64,000 nt of DNA from contig CAYXVY010000337.1 of NCBI GenBank assembly GCA_964468745.1, positions 5,390-69,389 on the forward strand, given 5' to 3'. This DNA comes from an uncultured Planctomycetales bacterium (GTDB taxonomy: Bacteria > Planctomycetota > MHYJ01 > JACPRB01). The number at the start of each line of letters is the position of its first letter. Position 1 is the stretch's first letter. The notes below the pieces were generated by a model that did not search any database, had not been told where the DNA came from, and saw nothing but the letters and a program-made list of their open reading frames with translations. This document shows positions 36,343 through 46,826 of the stretch, piece by piece. The translations under genes and the position numbers were made by a program.

Positions 36343-38178
36343 GTGCACGCGCTTACCGCCGCAATGCTGGCTCTCGTTCTCGCGCAGGACGATCTCTCCC
36401 GCAAGTGCGGGAGCGAAATCGAGTGGATGACGGACGAGGGCGATGCGGCGGCCGCCGCGCAGAAGAAGGGCTGTCCGATCCTCTGGTACGTTTTCACCGT
36501 CGCGAACTCGCCGATGGACCGCAAGGACGTGGTCGACGACTACATGAAGTGCGGACCGTGGATGATGCGCGACGTGGTCGATCTCGTGAAGCGGCGCTTC
36601 GTCGCGTTGCGCAAGGGGGGCAGCGGCGACCTCGCGAAGAAGTGCGGGGTGGCGCGACTCGAATTCGTCGAGCCCGGGATCGTGTTCCTGACGCCCGACC
36701 TGAAGCCGATTCATCGCATTGATCGCCTCTCGACGTTCCAGGAGGATTGGCTCGTCGATCTGCTTCGTGCGGTCCTCAAGAAGGCGGGCAGGGCCGAACC
36801 GTCCTTCGAGCAGCAGCTCAAGGAGGCAAAGTCTCCGATCGATCGCGCGCGTCTCCATCGTCGCATGCGCAAGCCGGACGACGCGTGGAAGGAGCTGGAT
36901 GGAGCGGGCGATTCCGCGGAGGCGAACATCGAGCGCGGCTGGCTCGCGCTGCGTCAGGGCGACGCGGGGAAGGCGGTCGAACACTTGAAGCTCGTCGACC
37001 GTGCCGAGGCCCAGTATCTGCAAGGCGCGGCGCTCTTCATGCTCAACAAGGATGATGAGGGCATGGATCTCTGGCGAAAGTGCGCGACGGATGCGATGAG
37101 CCCGTGGGCGTGGAAGGCAGCGGCGGAGCTGTCGGGAAGGGGTCCGTTCTATCGCTGCTTCGAAGAGATGGCGTGGGTGCCTGATGCGACGGAACTCGCC
37201 ACGTCCAGCACGCGCCCCCGCACGGCGAAGGAGATCGAGCTTGTCACGAAGCGCAGCGTTGCGTTGCTGCTCCGCACCCAGCGCGCGAATGGATCGTGGA
37301 ACGACTCGAATTATGAGTTCGGCGGCAAGGACAGCCTGCCGAACGTGTACATGGCCGGTACCGCGCTCGCAGTCGCGGCGCTTCATGCGTGGCGCGACAT
37401 CGACGCGACTGGCATCGACGGCGCCATCGATCGCGCATGGGGATTCATGGTCGATGAGAAGAACATGGCGACGAATGACGAGGACGAGGTGATCTGGGGC
37501 TACGCGTATCGCCTCACGGCGTTCGCACGGCTCGCGGCCGACGCGAAGCGCAAGGATGACTGCGTCAAGAAGATGAACGAAATCGTCGGGCTGATCGAGA
37601 AACTGCAGAAGCGCACGGGCATCTGGCGGCACGAGTACGAGGCGCCATTCACGACGGCCACCGTGCTACACAGTCTCTGGGAGGCGAAGCAGGCGGGCGC
37701 GACCGTGGCGGACGCGATGATGAAAAAGGGCGCCGACGCGCTCGCGAGCTGCCGCAACAAGAAAGGCGTGATCAGTTACGAGTATCCGGCGCAGGGTCAC
37801 GTCGTCGAGCAGTCGGCGGGGCGGATGCCCATCTGCGAACTCGCGCTGCGCCTGTGCGGACAGTCCGACGAAGTGCGACTGCGAATGGCCGTGGAAAAGT
37901 CGTTCGAGCTGCACGGCCTCCTCGAACGCGTGCGGAAATACGACGACCACGCGGACCAGTACCAGAACGGGGGCTTCTTCTTCTGGTACGACATGGTCGG
38001 GCGCACCGAGGCCATCCGACGTCTGAAAGGGGAGCGTCCGAAGCTCCTGGAGAAGCAGAGGGATCTCGCACTCTCGATCACGGAGATTGACGGCTGCTTT
38101 GTAGATTCGCACGAGCTCGGCAAGACGTACGGCACGGCGATGGGGCTGCTGACGCTCAAGCTGTGCGGCAAAGACTAA
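36343..38178 (+). CDS. Secreted protein: thioredoxin-like N-domain + TPR + prenyltransferase/squalene-cyclase-like barrel
   Basis: Signal peptide; DVVDLVKRRFVALR..PGIVFLTPD (Trx-like without CxxC); QRANGSW QW-type repeats. Confidence 0.7.
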   Translation: MHALTAAMLALVLAQDDLSRKCGSEIEWMTDEGDAAAAAQKKGCPILWYVFTVANSPMDRKDVVDDYMKCGPWMMRDVVDLVKRRFVALRKGGSGDLAKKCGVARLEFVEPGIVFLTPDLKPIHRIDRLSTFQEDWLVDLLRAVLKKAGRAEPSFEQQLKEAKSPIDRARLHRRMRKPDDAWKELDGAGDSAEANIERGWLALRQGDAGKAVEHLKLVDRAEAQYLQGAALFMLNKDDEGMDLWRKCATDAMSPWAWKAAAELSGRGPFYRCFEEMAWVPDATELATSSTRPRTAKEIELVTKRSVALLLRTQRANGSWNDSNYEFGGKDSLPNVYMAGTALAVAALHAWRDIDATGIDGAIDRAWGFMVDEKNMATNDEDEVIWGYAYRLTAFARLAADAKRKDDCVKKMNEIVGLIEKLQKRTGIWRHEYEAPFTTATVLHSLWEAKQAGATVADAMMKKGADALASCRNKKGVISYEYPAQGHVVEQSAGRMPICELALRLCGQSDEVRLRMAVEKSFELHGLLERVRKYDDHADQYQNGGFFFWYDMVGRTEAIRRLKGERPKLLEKQRDLALSITEIDGCFVDSHELGKTYGTAMGLLTLKLCGKD

Positions 38179-38223
38179 TGAACTGCCGACCCGCGCCTTT
38201 ATAGAGGGACGAGGACTGAGCTT

Positions 38224-39078
38224 ATGAAGACCGTGCTTGTTGCGTTCTCGCTGATTGCCGCGTTTGCCGTTCCCGCGTACGGGCAGTGATGCCCGCCGAG
38301 TGACGGCGGGATCCCCGGCGGGGGTCCCGGTCTGATCGCGACGGGGAATTCGAATGAGTGGCTTCCCGGCGCGGGCGACAAGCAGACCAACAAGGTCGTC
38401 AACACAATCAAGATGCGGTACTACACCGCCGGCGACGTGGTCCCCACTACGCTGAAGGAGATGCTCAGGAAACTCCGTGGGGTCGAGAGCATCAAGAACG
38501 CGTCGGCCGAGCGGGCGATCCTGCTCGGATGGTCCAGGGAGTGCTCCGGACTCGCCGACCTCGAGAAGGCCGCCGGCGTGCAGGCCGTCATCATCAACCA
38601 CGCGCACGTCGACGTGCGGTTCAAGGCGACCAAGGACACCAACCTCAGGAAGCTCCAGGAGGAGATGGCAAGAGTCCCCGGCGTATTCGGCATCAAGTGG
38701 TGGGAAGGGGGGGCGTACCTCCACTCGAATCTCGACGGCCTGTCTGTGGACGCGATCTACGCGATCGCGAAGGAATGTAATTTCACGGCTACGGTTCACA
38801 ATCTCCACGAGACGACGGTCACGATCCCGCTCGACGACGATAAGACGCAGATGATCGCGGAGAACGCCCCGTTCGTCGCGGAACAGCTGCTCGAAGTGTG
38901 GTCTCGCGAAAAGGCGTGGAAGTTCAAGAACGTTCTCGAACGCCGCAAGACGGTGCTCGTGGCTCGTATCCGCGAGGGGAAAATCTCGATCCTCTCGCGA
39001 GAGCTGCTGACGACGAGCGACGTCGAGAAGGATGCCAAGGCCGCCGGCGTGACGATCGGAGAAGTCACGAAGCCCTGA
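38224..39078 (+). CDS. Candidate secreted selenoprotein (in-frame UGA at codon 22, U-C) with HMA/ferredoxin-like repeats
   Basis: GAGGA RBS, signal MKTVLVAFSLIAAFAVPAYG-Q, TGA 38287-38289, then TGC; the frame continues uninterrupted into ORF 38413..39078; downstream hairpins. Confidence 0.7.
38308..38328 (+). promoter_or_regulatory. SECIS-like hairpin
   Basis: GGGAUCCCC-GGC-GGGGGUCCC, loop G at +28 from the UGA; a competing hairpin CCCGCCG-AGUGA-CGGCGGG lies at 38292-38310. Confidence 0.45.
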
Positions 39079-39189
39079 CCGCTACTTGCCGCTACAGGAC
39101 AGCATCTCGAGCTTCTCCCTGGGCGTCGAGGTGGCGCGCGATGGTCAACGCTTTGTCGTCCGGCGGTCCGGTTGCTACGATCTGACCGA

Positions 39190-40797
39190 ATGGACACCCT
39201 GCGGAGTCGCGTCAGTGCGTCGTCCCCGGAATTTCAGGCGTCAGCGGCGCATCATCGCAAGCTTGCGGAAATGCTCCGGGAGCGCGTCGGGAAGGCGCGC
39301 GCGGGAGGTCCGGCATCGGCCGTGGAGACGCAGCGGAAGCGCGGGAAGCTCCTCGTGCGCGAGCGAATCGAGCGTTTGCTCGATCCCGAGACGCCGTTCC
39401 TCGAGCTTTCGGCGCTCGCGGCCTGGGGACGTCATGACGGAGAGGCGCCCGGAGCGGGCGTGGTCACGGGGATCGGTCGCGTTTCGGGCCGCGAAGTGCT
39501 GATCGTCGCGAACGATCCGACCGTGAAGGGGGGCACGTACTTCCCCGAGACAATCAAGAAGCACATCCGCGCGCAGGAAGTGGCGATGGATAACCGTCTG
39601 CCGTGCGTCTATCTCGTCGACAGCGGTGGCGTGTTCCTGCCGCTCCAAGCAGAGGTGTTTCCGGACAAGGAGCACTTCGGCCGCATCTTCTACAACCAGG
39701 CGGTGATGAGCGCCGCGCGCATTCCGCAGGTGTCGGTCGTGCTCGGCATGTGCACCGCCGGCGGAGCCTACGTGCCGGCGATGTCGGACGAGAACGTCAT
39801 CGTGAAGGGCGCGGGGACGATCTATCTCGGCGGGCCGCCGCTTGTGAAGGCCGCGACCGGCGAGGAAGTCACGGCCGAGGAACTTGGCGGCGGCGAGATG
39901 CACTCGCGCGTCTCCGGCGTCACGGATCATCTGGCCGAGAGCGAGGAGCACGCGCTGCGGATCGCGCGCGATATCGTGGCGAACCTCAACATCGTCAAGC
40001 GCATCGATCTAGAGCTCGTGCCGCCGGAGGAACCCGCGTACCCCGGCGAGGAACTCTATGGCGTGCTTCCGACGGAGACTCGGCACCCCTACGACGTACG
40101 CGAAGTGATCGCCAGGCTTGTCGACGGCAGCCGATTTCACGAGTTCAAGGCGAACTACGGTACCACGCTGGTCACCGGGTTTGCGCGCTGGTGGGGATAC
40201 CCGGTCGGCATCGTCGCCAACAACGGTGTCCTCTTCAGCCAGAGTGCGCAAAAGGGGGCTCATTTCGTCTCCCTGTGCTCGCAACGCCGCACGCCGCTGA
40301 TCTTTCTCCAGAACATCACCGGATTCATGGTCGGCAAGCGGTACGAAGAGGGCGGGATCACGAAGGATGGAGCGAAGATGGTGCAGGCGGTCGCAACCGC
40401 CGCGGTGCCGCGCATCACGGTCATCATCGGCGCGTCGCACGGAGCGGGGAACTACGCGATGTGCGGTCGCGGGTATCGCCCGCGATTTCTCTTCACGTGG
40501 CCGAACGCGCGCATCAGTGTCATGGGCGCGGAACAGGCGGCGAGCGTGCTCGTCCAGATAAAGCGCGAACAGCTCGCCCGCGAGGGAAAGCAACTTTCGG
40601 CCGAGGAGGCGAAGAAGATCGCGGATCCCGTGCTTGAGAAATACGAGCGCGAAGGCGATCCGTACTTCGGGTCGGGCCAGCTGTGGGACGACGGCATCAT
40701 CGATCCGGCGGAGACGCGGAAGATCGTGGCGCTCGCCCTGTCGGCGAGCCTCAACGCGCCCGTGGAGAATTCGATGGCCCCTGTTTACCGGATGTGA
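39190..40797 (+). CDS. liuB: Methylcrotonyl-CoA carboxylase beta (carboxyltransferase) subunit
   Basis: [32 protein letters not shown]. Confidence 0.92.
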   Translation: MDTLRSRVSASSPEFQASAAHHRKLAEMLRERVGKARAGGPASAVETQRKRGKLLVRERIERLLDPETPFLELSALAAWGRHDGEAPGAGVVTGIGRVSGREVLIVANDPTVKGGTYFPETIKKHIRAQEVAMDNRLPCVYLVDSGGVFLPLQAEVFPDKEHFGRIFYNQAVMSAARIPQVSVVLGMCTAGGAYVPAMSDENVIVKGAGTIYLGGPPLVKAATGEEVTAEELGGGEMHSRVSGVTDHLAESEEHALRIARDIVANLNIVKRIDLELVPPEEPAYPGEELYGVLPTETRHPYDVREVIARLVDGSRFHEFKANYGTTLVTGFARWWGYPVGIVANNGVLFSQSAQKGAHFVSLCSQRRTPLIFLQNITGFMVGKRYEEGGITKDGAKMVQAVATAAVPRITVIIGASHGAGNYAMCGRGYRPRFLFTWPNARISVMGAEQAASVLVQIKREQLAREGKQLSAEEAKKIADPVLEKYEREGDPYFGSGQLWDDGIIDPAETRKIVALALSASLNAPVENSMAPVYRM

Positions 40798-40798
40798 C

Positions 40799-41569
40799 AT
40801 GGAGACGATCAAGGTCGAAACGAGCGGACCCGTCGCGCGCGTCACGCTGAACCGTCCCGACGTGAAGAATGCGTTCAACGAGGTCGTCATAAAGGAACTG
40901 CGCGACACGTTCGTTGGAATGCCGGAGGCGGTGCGCGTCGTCGTGCTCACGGGGGCAGGCGATGTCTTCTGCGCGGGCGCCGACATCAACTGGATGAAGA
41001 AGTCGAAGTCGTACACCGAGGACCAGAACGCGGCGGACGCGGCGGCGATGAGCGGCATGTTCCGCGCGATCGACGAGAGTCCTCGCGCGGTGATCGGCCG
41101 CATCAACGGTGTCGCGCTCGGCGGGGGAACCGGATTGACGGCGGTCTGCGACATGGCCGTCGCGGTGGAAGGGGCGCAATTCGGATTCACCGAGGCACGG
41201 CTCGGGATCGTCCCCGCCGTGATTTCGGCGTACGTGCTGCCGAAGGTCGATGAATCCGCGGCGCGACGCTATTTCCTGACGGGTGAGCGTTTCGGTGCAG
41301 ACGAGGCGAAGCGCATCGGACTCGTGCACGAGGTGGTGAAGCCTGAAGCGCTCGATGCAAAGGTGGACGAACTTGTGAAGGCCGTGCTCTCGTGCGGACC
41401 GAAGGCGGTCGGCATCGCGAAGCGGCTCATTCATGACGAGCGGCACATGTCGCGTGACGAGGCCGTCGCTTACACCGTGAAGACGATCTCGCGTGTCCGC
41501 GTGACGCCAGAGGCGCAGGAGGGGCTGGGCGCGTTCCTCGACAAGCGGAAACCCACTTGGGCTCAATGA
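40799..41569 (+). CDS. liuC: Methylglutaconyl-CoA hydratase (crotonase family)
   Basis: LNRPDVKNAF, FCAGAD, GGG.GL..VCD, TEARLG..P; operon context. Confidence 0.88.
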   Translation: METIKVETSGPVARVTLNRPDVKNAFNEVVIKELRDTFVGMPEAVRVVVLTGAGDVFCAGADINWMKKSKSYTEDQNAADAAAMSGMFRAIDESPRAVIGRINGVALGGGTGLTAVCDMAVAVEGAQFGFTEARLGIVPAVISAYVLPKVDESAARRYFLTGERFGADEAKRIGLVHEVVKPEALDAKVDELVKAVLSCGPKAVGIAKRLIHDERHMSRDEAVAYTVKTISRVRVTPEAQEGLGAFLDKRKPTWAQ

Positions 41570-42990
41570 AGGTACTGGTCGCGAACCGGGGCGAGATCGC
41601 ATGCCGCATCCTGCGCACGCTCCGCGAGATGGAAATCCCCTCCGTCGCCGTGTACAGCGACGTCGACAAGGACGCGCCGCACGTGGAGCTCGCCGATGAT
41701 GCTGTCGGACTCGGTGCGACAGACGGCTATCTCAAGCACGAACTTGTCATCGACGCAGCTAGAAGGACTCATTCGACGGCGATTCACCCGGGCTACGGAT
41801 TCCTATCGCAGAGCGCGCCGTTCGCACGTGCTTGCCGCGATGCCGGGCTCATGTTCATCGGGCCGTCGCCCGAGTCCATGATTGCGCTCGGCGACAAGCG
41901 GGGCTCGCGAAAGACCGCGGAGGATCTTGGCGTGCCCGTCGTGCCGGGCGTGCGCGAATGCGACACGCTGGAATTGTGCAGGGCGGCCGGCGATACGATT
42001 GGGTACCCGATCCTCATCAAGGCGGCCGGCGGCGGAGGAGGGAAGGGGATGCGGCTCGTGAATTCGGCCGCCGAGTTGACGGACGCGTTCGAGGGCGCGA
42101 AGCGGGAGGCGCAAGCGTCGTTCGCGGATGACCGGCTCATCGTCGAGAAATATGTGGCGCCGGCGCGTCATGTCGAAGTGCAGATCATCGGCGACGGGAC
42201 AGATGCAGTCGCGCTTGGCGACCGCGAGTGCAGCCTGCAGCGCCGCTACCAAAAGGTCATCGAGGAGGGTCCGTCGAGCGGAATCACCGAGAAGACGCGG
42301 CAGGGACTATTCCAGTCCGCGGTGAAGCTCGCGCGCGCGACGAAGTACGCAAATGCCGGGACCGTCGAGTTTCTCGTCGGTCCGGACGGTTCGCACTACT
42401 TCCTGGAGGTCAACACGCGCCTTCAGGTCGAGCATCCCGTGACGGAGATGTTGACGGGGCTCGATATCGTGCGCGCGCAGATCGAAATCGCGCGAGGCGG
42501 AAAGCTCCCTGCGTACGTGCCGCCGCGGGGTCACGCGATCGAGGCGCGGCTCAACGCGGAGGATCCGTACAACAGGTTCCTGCCTCAGTCCGGAAACGTG
42601 CTCGCGCTCGAGTGGCCGCAGATGCCGGGGGTGCGCGTGGACGCGGGAATCGTCCCGGGGTTCGAGGTGCGCCCGTTCTACGATCCGCTGCTCGCGAAGA
42701 TCATCGCGCTGGCGTCGACGCGCGAGGGGGCCCGGCGACGTCTCATCGAGGCCCTTAGGGGGACGACGCTGCTGGGCGTCACGACCAATCAGCCCTTCCT
42801 GATCCAGCTCCTCGAGAGCGAGTTCTTCAGGAAGGGCGAGACGTTCACATCGACGCTTGAGTCCGTCGAGTGGATGGAGCCTCCGGTACCCGAGCACGTT
42901 GTTGCAGCGGCGCGAAGGGTGCTGGCCACGCGCGTCGACGTGAAGAGCGGGGGCGCGGGCGATCGATGGTCGCCCTGGAGCACACGATGA
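41566..42990 (+). CDS. Biotin carboxylase subunit (MccA/LiuD N-terminal part)
   Basis: VANRGEIA, HPGYGFLS, GGGGKGMR, ECSLQRRYQK, EVNTRLQVEH. Confidence 0.93.
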   Translation: MKVLVANRGEIACRILRTLREMEIPSVAVYSDVDKDAPHVELADDAVGLGATDGYLKHELVIDAARRTHSTAIHPGYGFLSQSAPFARACRDAGLMFIGPSPESMIALGDKRGSRKTAEDLGVPVVPGVRECDTLELCRAAGDTIGYPILIKAAGGGGGKGMRLVNSAAELTDAFEGAKREAQASFADDRLIVEKYVAPARHVEVQIIGDGTDAVALGDRECSLQRRYQKVIEEGPSSGITEKTRQGLFQSAVKLARATKYANAGTVEFLVGPDGSHYFLEVNTRLQVEHPVTEMLTGLDIVRAQIEIARGGKLPAYVPPRGHAIEARLNAEDPYNRFLPQSGNVLALEWPQMPGVRVDAGIVPGFEVRPFYDPLLAKIIALASTREGARRRLIEALRGTTLLGVTTNQPFLIQLLESEFFRKGETFTSTLESVEWMEPPVPEHVVAAARRVLATRVDVKSGGAGDRWSPWSTR

Positions 42991-43316
42991 AACTCAGGAT
43001 CGTCCGGACGGCGACCGGCGTCTGGGTCGGTTGGTCGGGTCGCGCGAAATTCTTCGGTGCGGAGCGAACCGTGGCCGCTGCATCCGCCGCAGGTCATGAC
43101 GAGGTGCGCGCGCCCATGACGGGCAAGGTCGTGAAGCTCAACGTCGCCGTCGGCGCGAAGGTGAAGGCGAACGACGTGGTCGCCATCATGGAAGCGATGA
43201 AGATGGAGTATCGTCTCGCCGCACCGCACTCGGGTACGGTCGACGGCGTGACCTGCAAGGAAGGCGAGCTGGTCGATCTCGGGAAGCCGCTCGTTTCGAT
43301 CAAGCCCGACGGCTAG
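42987..43316 (+). CDS. Biotin carboxyl carrier protein (separate gene)
   Basis: APMTG.V..EAMKME biotin-Lys motif; ATGA overlap with the previous gene. Confidence 0.92.
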   Translation: MKLRIVRTATGVWVGWSGRAKFFGAERTVAAASAAGHDEVRAPMTGKVVKLNVAVGAKVKANDVVAIMEAMKMEYRLAAPHSGTVDGVTCKEGELVDLGKPLVSIKPDG

Positions 43317-43756
43317 ACCATCCGGCGAAGCTCGACGAGAGCGCCGGCCACGCGTTTCACGTACCAGTCGGCGCCGAGAAAGCGGACGACGCCGCCGGGT
43401 GCGAGATCGGACCGTTCGCGGCTGAGTTGCACGAGGAAGGTGTCCTTGGAGACGGCGCGCTGAGCGACGATGTCCGCGGCGGCCAAGTCATCCTTCACAG
43501 GACGGCCCGCGGCAAGTTCGTACATCCGCCGGAAGCCGCTGTCGGTGAATCCGCGGTGGGTGCGCTTGAGTTCGGGCAGCGCCTGATCGGCAGCGATTCC
43601 GTCGTCGTGCATCTTCCTCGCCGTCGCGATGACCTTCTTCATCAGCTCCTTCGTGTAGCTGATGCCGACCATCGTCATGCTCTCGCGCGGCATGCGGAGT
43701 TCGCGAGTATCGCCGAGTTTCTGCGTGCGGCGCGTCTCGTCAGCCATCGCCGACAT
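43313..43756 (-). CDS. Hypothetical protein
   Basis: Good GC3 bias; translationally coupled to rpiB. Confidence 0.65.
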   Translation of the reverse strand: MSAMADETRRTQKLGDTRELRMPRESMTMVGISYTKELMKKVIATARKMHDDGIAADQALPELKRTHRGFTDSGFRRMYELAAGRPVKDDLAAADIVAQRAVSKDTFLVQLSRERSDLAPGGVVRFLGADWYVKRVAGALVELRRMV

Positions 43757-44208
43757 TAAGGCACGGCCGTTGGCGGAAGTCCACCATCGACCATGCGGAT
43801 GCGCCGCTCGTGACGCCCGCCCTCAAATGGAGTCGCGAGCCAGATGCGCACGATCTCGAGCGCCGTGTTGATCGACATCATGCGCTGCCCAAGCGAAAGG
43901 ACGTTTGCGTCGTTGTGCGCGCGTGCGAGCCGCGCCGATTCCGCATTCCAGCAAAGCGCGCATCTCACGCCCTTCACGCGATTGGCGACGATCGCCTCGC
44001 CGTTCCCGGATCCGCCCAGGACAATGCCTCGCTCGTGGTCGCCGCGCGCGACGGATTCCGCGACAGGGCGGATGAAGAGCGGGTAGTCCACGGGCTCGGC
44101 GGAGCTTGTCCCGAAATCGCGAACGTCGTGCCCCTCACGCGCGAGAAACTCGATAAGGCGCTGTTTGTAATCGTATCCGGCGTGATCGGAACCGATGGCG
44201 AGCTTCAC
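43756..44208 (-). CDS. rpiB: Ribose-5-phosphate isomerase B
   Basis: IGSDHAG, DYP, GGSGNG, HNDANVL, FEGGRH.RR; GTG start at 44208. Confidence 0.96.
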   Translation of the reverse strand: MKLAIGSDHAGYDYKQRLIEFLAREGHDVRDFGTSSAEPVDYPLFIRPVAESVARGDHERGIVLGGSGNGEAIVANRVKGVRCALCWNAESARLARAHNDANVLSLGQRMMSINTALEIVRIWLATPFEGGRHERRIRMVDGGLPPTAVP

Positions 44209-44270
44209 CCGCGGATTGTAGCGCGCGATTCGCTTGCGCACAGCACGGCCTCGATTCCACAATCTGCCGC

Positions 44271-45119
44271 ATGATCCGGATCGTCGAAGTGGGCCCTCGC
44301 GACGGACTGCAGAACGAGCAGACGACGATTCCGACCGACGCGAAGGTGGCGTACATCGACGCGCTCTCGTCCTCGGGAGTCTCGGAGATCGAGGCGAGCG
44401 CATTCGTGTCGCCGAAGTGGATCCCGCAGCTGTCCGACGCTTCCGAAGTGTTCAAGCGGATCGTCCGCAACCCGAAGGTGGTCTACTCGGCACTCGTACC
44501 CAACATGCAGGGGCTGGACCGTGCCGTTGAGGCGAAGGTGGACAAGGTCTCGGTGTTCACGGCCGCGAGCGAGACGTTCAATCGGAAGAACATCAATGCG
44601 TCGATCGCGGAGTCGATCGAGCGGTTCGCGCCCGTCCTTCAGCGCTCGAAGCAGCTCAAGTTGCCGGTGCGGGGCTACGTTTCGACGTGCTTCTGGTGCC
44701 CCTACGAAGGGAAGATCGAGGCGCAGAAGGCGATCGACGTCGTCATGAAGCTGATCGATCTGGGCGTCGACGAGGTGTCGATCGGCGACACCATCGGCAA
44801 GGCGGACGCGAACGAAGTGCGCGATTTCGTGCAGCTGCTCGTGCCGCGGGTGCCGGTCGGAAAAGTCGCGATGCACTTCCATGACACCTACAAACACGCG
44901 CACGAGAACGCACTGCTCTCGTGGCGCTTCGGCATCACGACTTTCGACTCGAGCGCGGGGGGGATCGGCGGATGCCCGTATGCGCCCGGCGCTTCGGGCA
45001 ACGTGGCGACCGAGTCGCTCGTCTGGACGCTGCGGGAGGCCGGCGCGGCGGTGGGCGTGAATCTCGAAGCGATCGCGAAGGCCCGCGCGATCATTGCCCC
45101 GGCCCTCGGGCGAATCTAA
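44271..45119 (+). CDS. liuE: Hydroxymethylglutaryl-CoA lyase
   Basis: EVGPRDGLQNE, HFHDT, GGCPYAPGASGN. Confidence 0.95.
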   Translation: MIRIVEVGPRDGLQNEQTTIPTDAKVAYIDALSSSGVSEIEASAFVSPKWIPQLSDASEVFKRIVRNPKVVYSALVPNMQGLDRAVEAKVDKVSVFTAASETFNRKNINASIAESIERFAPVLQRSKQLKLPVRGYVSTCFWCPYEGKIEAQKAIDVVMKLIDLGVDEVSIGDTIGKADANEVRDFVQLLVPRVPVGKVAMHFHDTYKHAHENALLSWRFGITTFDSSAGGIGGCPYAPGASGNVATESLVWTLREAGAAVGVNLEAIAKARAIIAPALGRI

Positions 45120-45128
45120 CATCGCGGC

Positions 45129-46826
45129 ATGTCGCTGCCGCTGCTGGCGATCATCGTTCTCTCGGCGCTCGCGCTGGGCTACACGTTTTACGGGCGCTTT
45201 ATCGCGCGGCAGTACGCGCTCGACGACGGGGCGAAGACGCCTGCGGAACAGGTGAACGACGGCGTCGACTTCGTGCCGACGAAGCCGTTCTACCTGCTGG
45301 GCCAGCACTTCAGCGCGATCGCCGCGGCGGGTCCCATCGTCGGGCCGATCGTGGCCTGCCAGCAGTTTGGCTGGTTGCCGTGCATCCTGTGGATCGGACT
45401 GGGGGTGATCTTCGTCGGAGCGGTGCACGACTTCAGCGCGCTGGTCGCGAGCGTGCGCCACAAGGCGCGGACGATCGCCGAAATCGTGAAGGAGAATCTC
45501 GGTCGGCGTGCGTGGATCGCGATTCTCGCGTTCATCTGGATCGCGCTCGTGTATGTGATCGTCGCGTTCGCGGACGTGACAGCGTCGACATTCATGGGCA
45601 AGACTGAGGAGCTGGAGGGGAAATTGCCCTTCAATGCGGGCGGCGCGGTCGCCGCCGCCTCGATAATCTACCTGATCCTGGCGGTGGTGATGGGGTTGGT
45701 CCAGAAGCGCTTCAAGCCGCCGCTCGGCGCCATGACGGCGATCTTCGTGCCTGCCACGCTCGCGGCGGTGTGGCTCGGTACGAAAATCTCGACGCTGCTC
45801 GTCTTCTCGCACATGACGTGGGCTGTCGCGATCATGGTCTACTGCTTCGTCGCGTCGCTTATCCCGGTCTGGACCCTCCTGCAGCCGCGGGGGTATCTCG
45901 GTGGATTCGTTCTTTACATGGCGCTGGCGGTGGGCCTGATCGGCATCTTCTTCGGTGGGTTCGAGATCCTGCAGCCGGCGACGACGTCGGTGCCGCTGCT
46001 GGGATTTGAGAAGTCGCTCTTCCCGTTCCTCTTCGTGACGATCGCCTGCGGCGCGTGCAGCGGCTTCCACGGCCTGGTGTGCAGTGGAACCACGTCGAAG
46101 CAGATCGCGCGCGAGTCCGATTGCAAGCCGGTGGGATACGGCGGAATGCTGCTCGAGGGGTTTGTCGCGCTGATCGCCCTGGCCACGATCATGATCGTTG
46201 CGGTGCCGGCGAACGGAAAGTATGCGGGGCCGGGCAGGATCTACGGAGACGGCATCGCGCAGTTCCTGTGCGTGATCTTGGGGAAGGGGGCGCTCACATT
46301 CGCCATGACATTCGGCGCGATGGCATTTTCCACGTTCGTCTTCGACACGCTCGACGTTGCTACGCGGCTGGGGCGCTACATTCTGCAGGAGCTTTTCGGG
46401 TCGCACGGGACAGTCGGCGCGATCGTGGGCACGGCCGCGACTGCGGGCGTGCCGCTTCTCGTCCTGATCGGCGCGGGCGAAGGCGGGTACAAGACGTTTT
46501 GGGTACTGTTCGGAACGTCGAATCAGCTCTTGGCCGCTCTCACGCTGCTGGCCATTTCGGTTTGGCTGAAGCGGTCGGGCAGGCGCTGCTGGTTCACCGT
46601 GCTGCCCATGCTCTTCGTGATGACCATCACGCTCTGGTCGCTTGCCGGCCAGGCCCGAGGCTTCTTTCGGTCCATGAAGAACGCCGAAGGCGCGATCCAG
46701 GCCACGCCGCTCGCGAACGGAGTCGTTGCGGTGGTTCTGATTGCGCTCACGACTCTGCTGATTCTGGACGCCGTTCTCGCCTTGCGCCGTCCGCCTACCG
46801 CCCCGCCCGCGACCGTTCCAACTTAG
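45129..46826 (+). CDS. cstA: Carbon starvation protein A family transporter
   Basis: DGVDFVP, GQHFSAIAAAGPIVGP, IACGACSGFH, FG.SNQLLA. Confidence 0.93.
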   Translation: MSLPLLAIIVLSALALGYTFYGRFIARQYALDDGAKTPAEQVNDGVDFVPTKPFYLLGQHFSAIAAAGPIVGPIVACQQFGWLPCILWIGLGVIFVGAVHDFSALVASVRHKARTIAEIVKENLGRRAWIAILAFIWIALVYVIVAFADVTASTFMGKTEELEGKLPFNAGGAVAAASIIYLILAVVMGLVQKRFKPPLGAMTAIFVPATLAAVWLGTKISTLLVFSHMTWAVAIMVYCFVASLIPVWTLLQPRGYLGGFVLYMALAVGLIGIFFGGFEILQPATTSVPLLGFEKSLFPFLFVTIACGACSGFHGLVCSGTTSKQIARESDCKPVGYGGMLLEGFVALIALATIMIVAVPANGKYAGPGRIYGDGIAQFLCVILGKGALTFAMTFGAMAFSTFVFDTLDVATRLGRYILQELFGSHGTVGAIVGTAATAGVPLLVLIGAGEGGYKTFWVLFGTSNQLLAALTLLAISVWLKRSGRRCWFTVLPMLFVMTITLWSLAGQARGFFRSMKNAEGAIQATPLANGVVAVVLIALTTLLILDAVLALRRPPTAPPATVPT

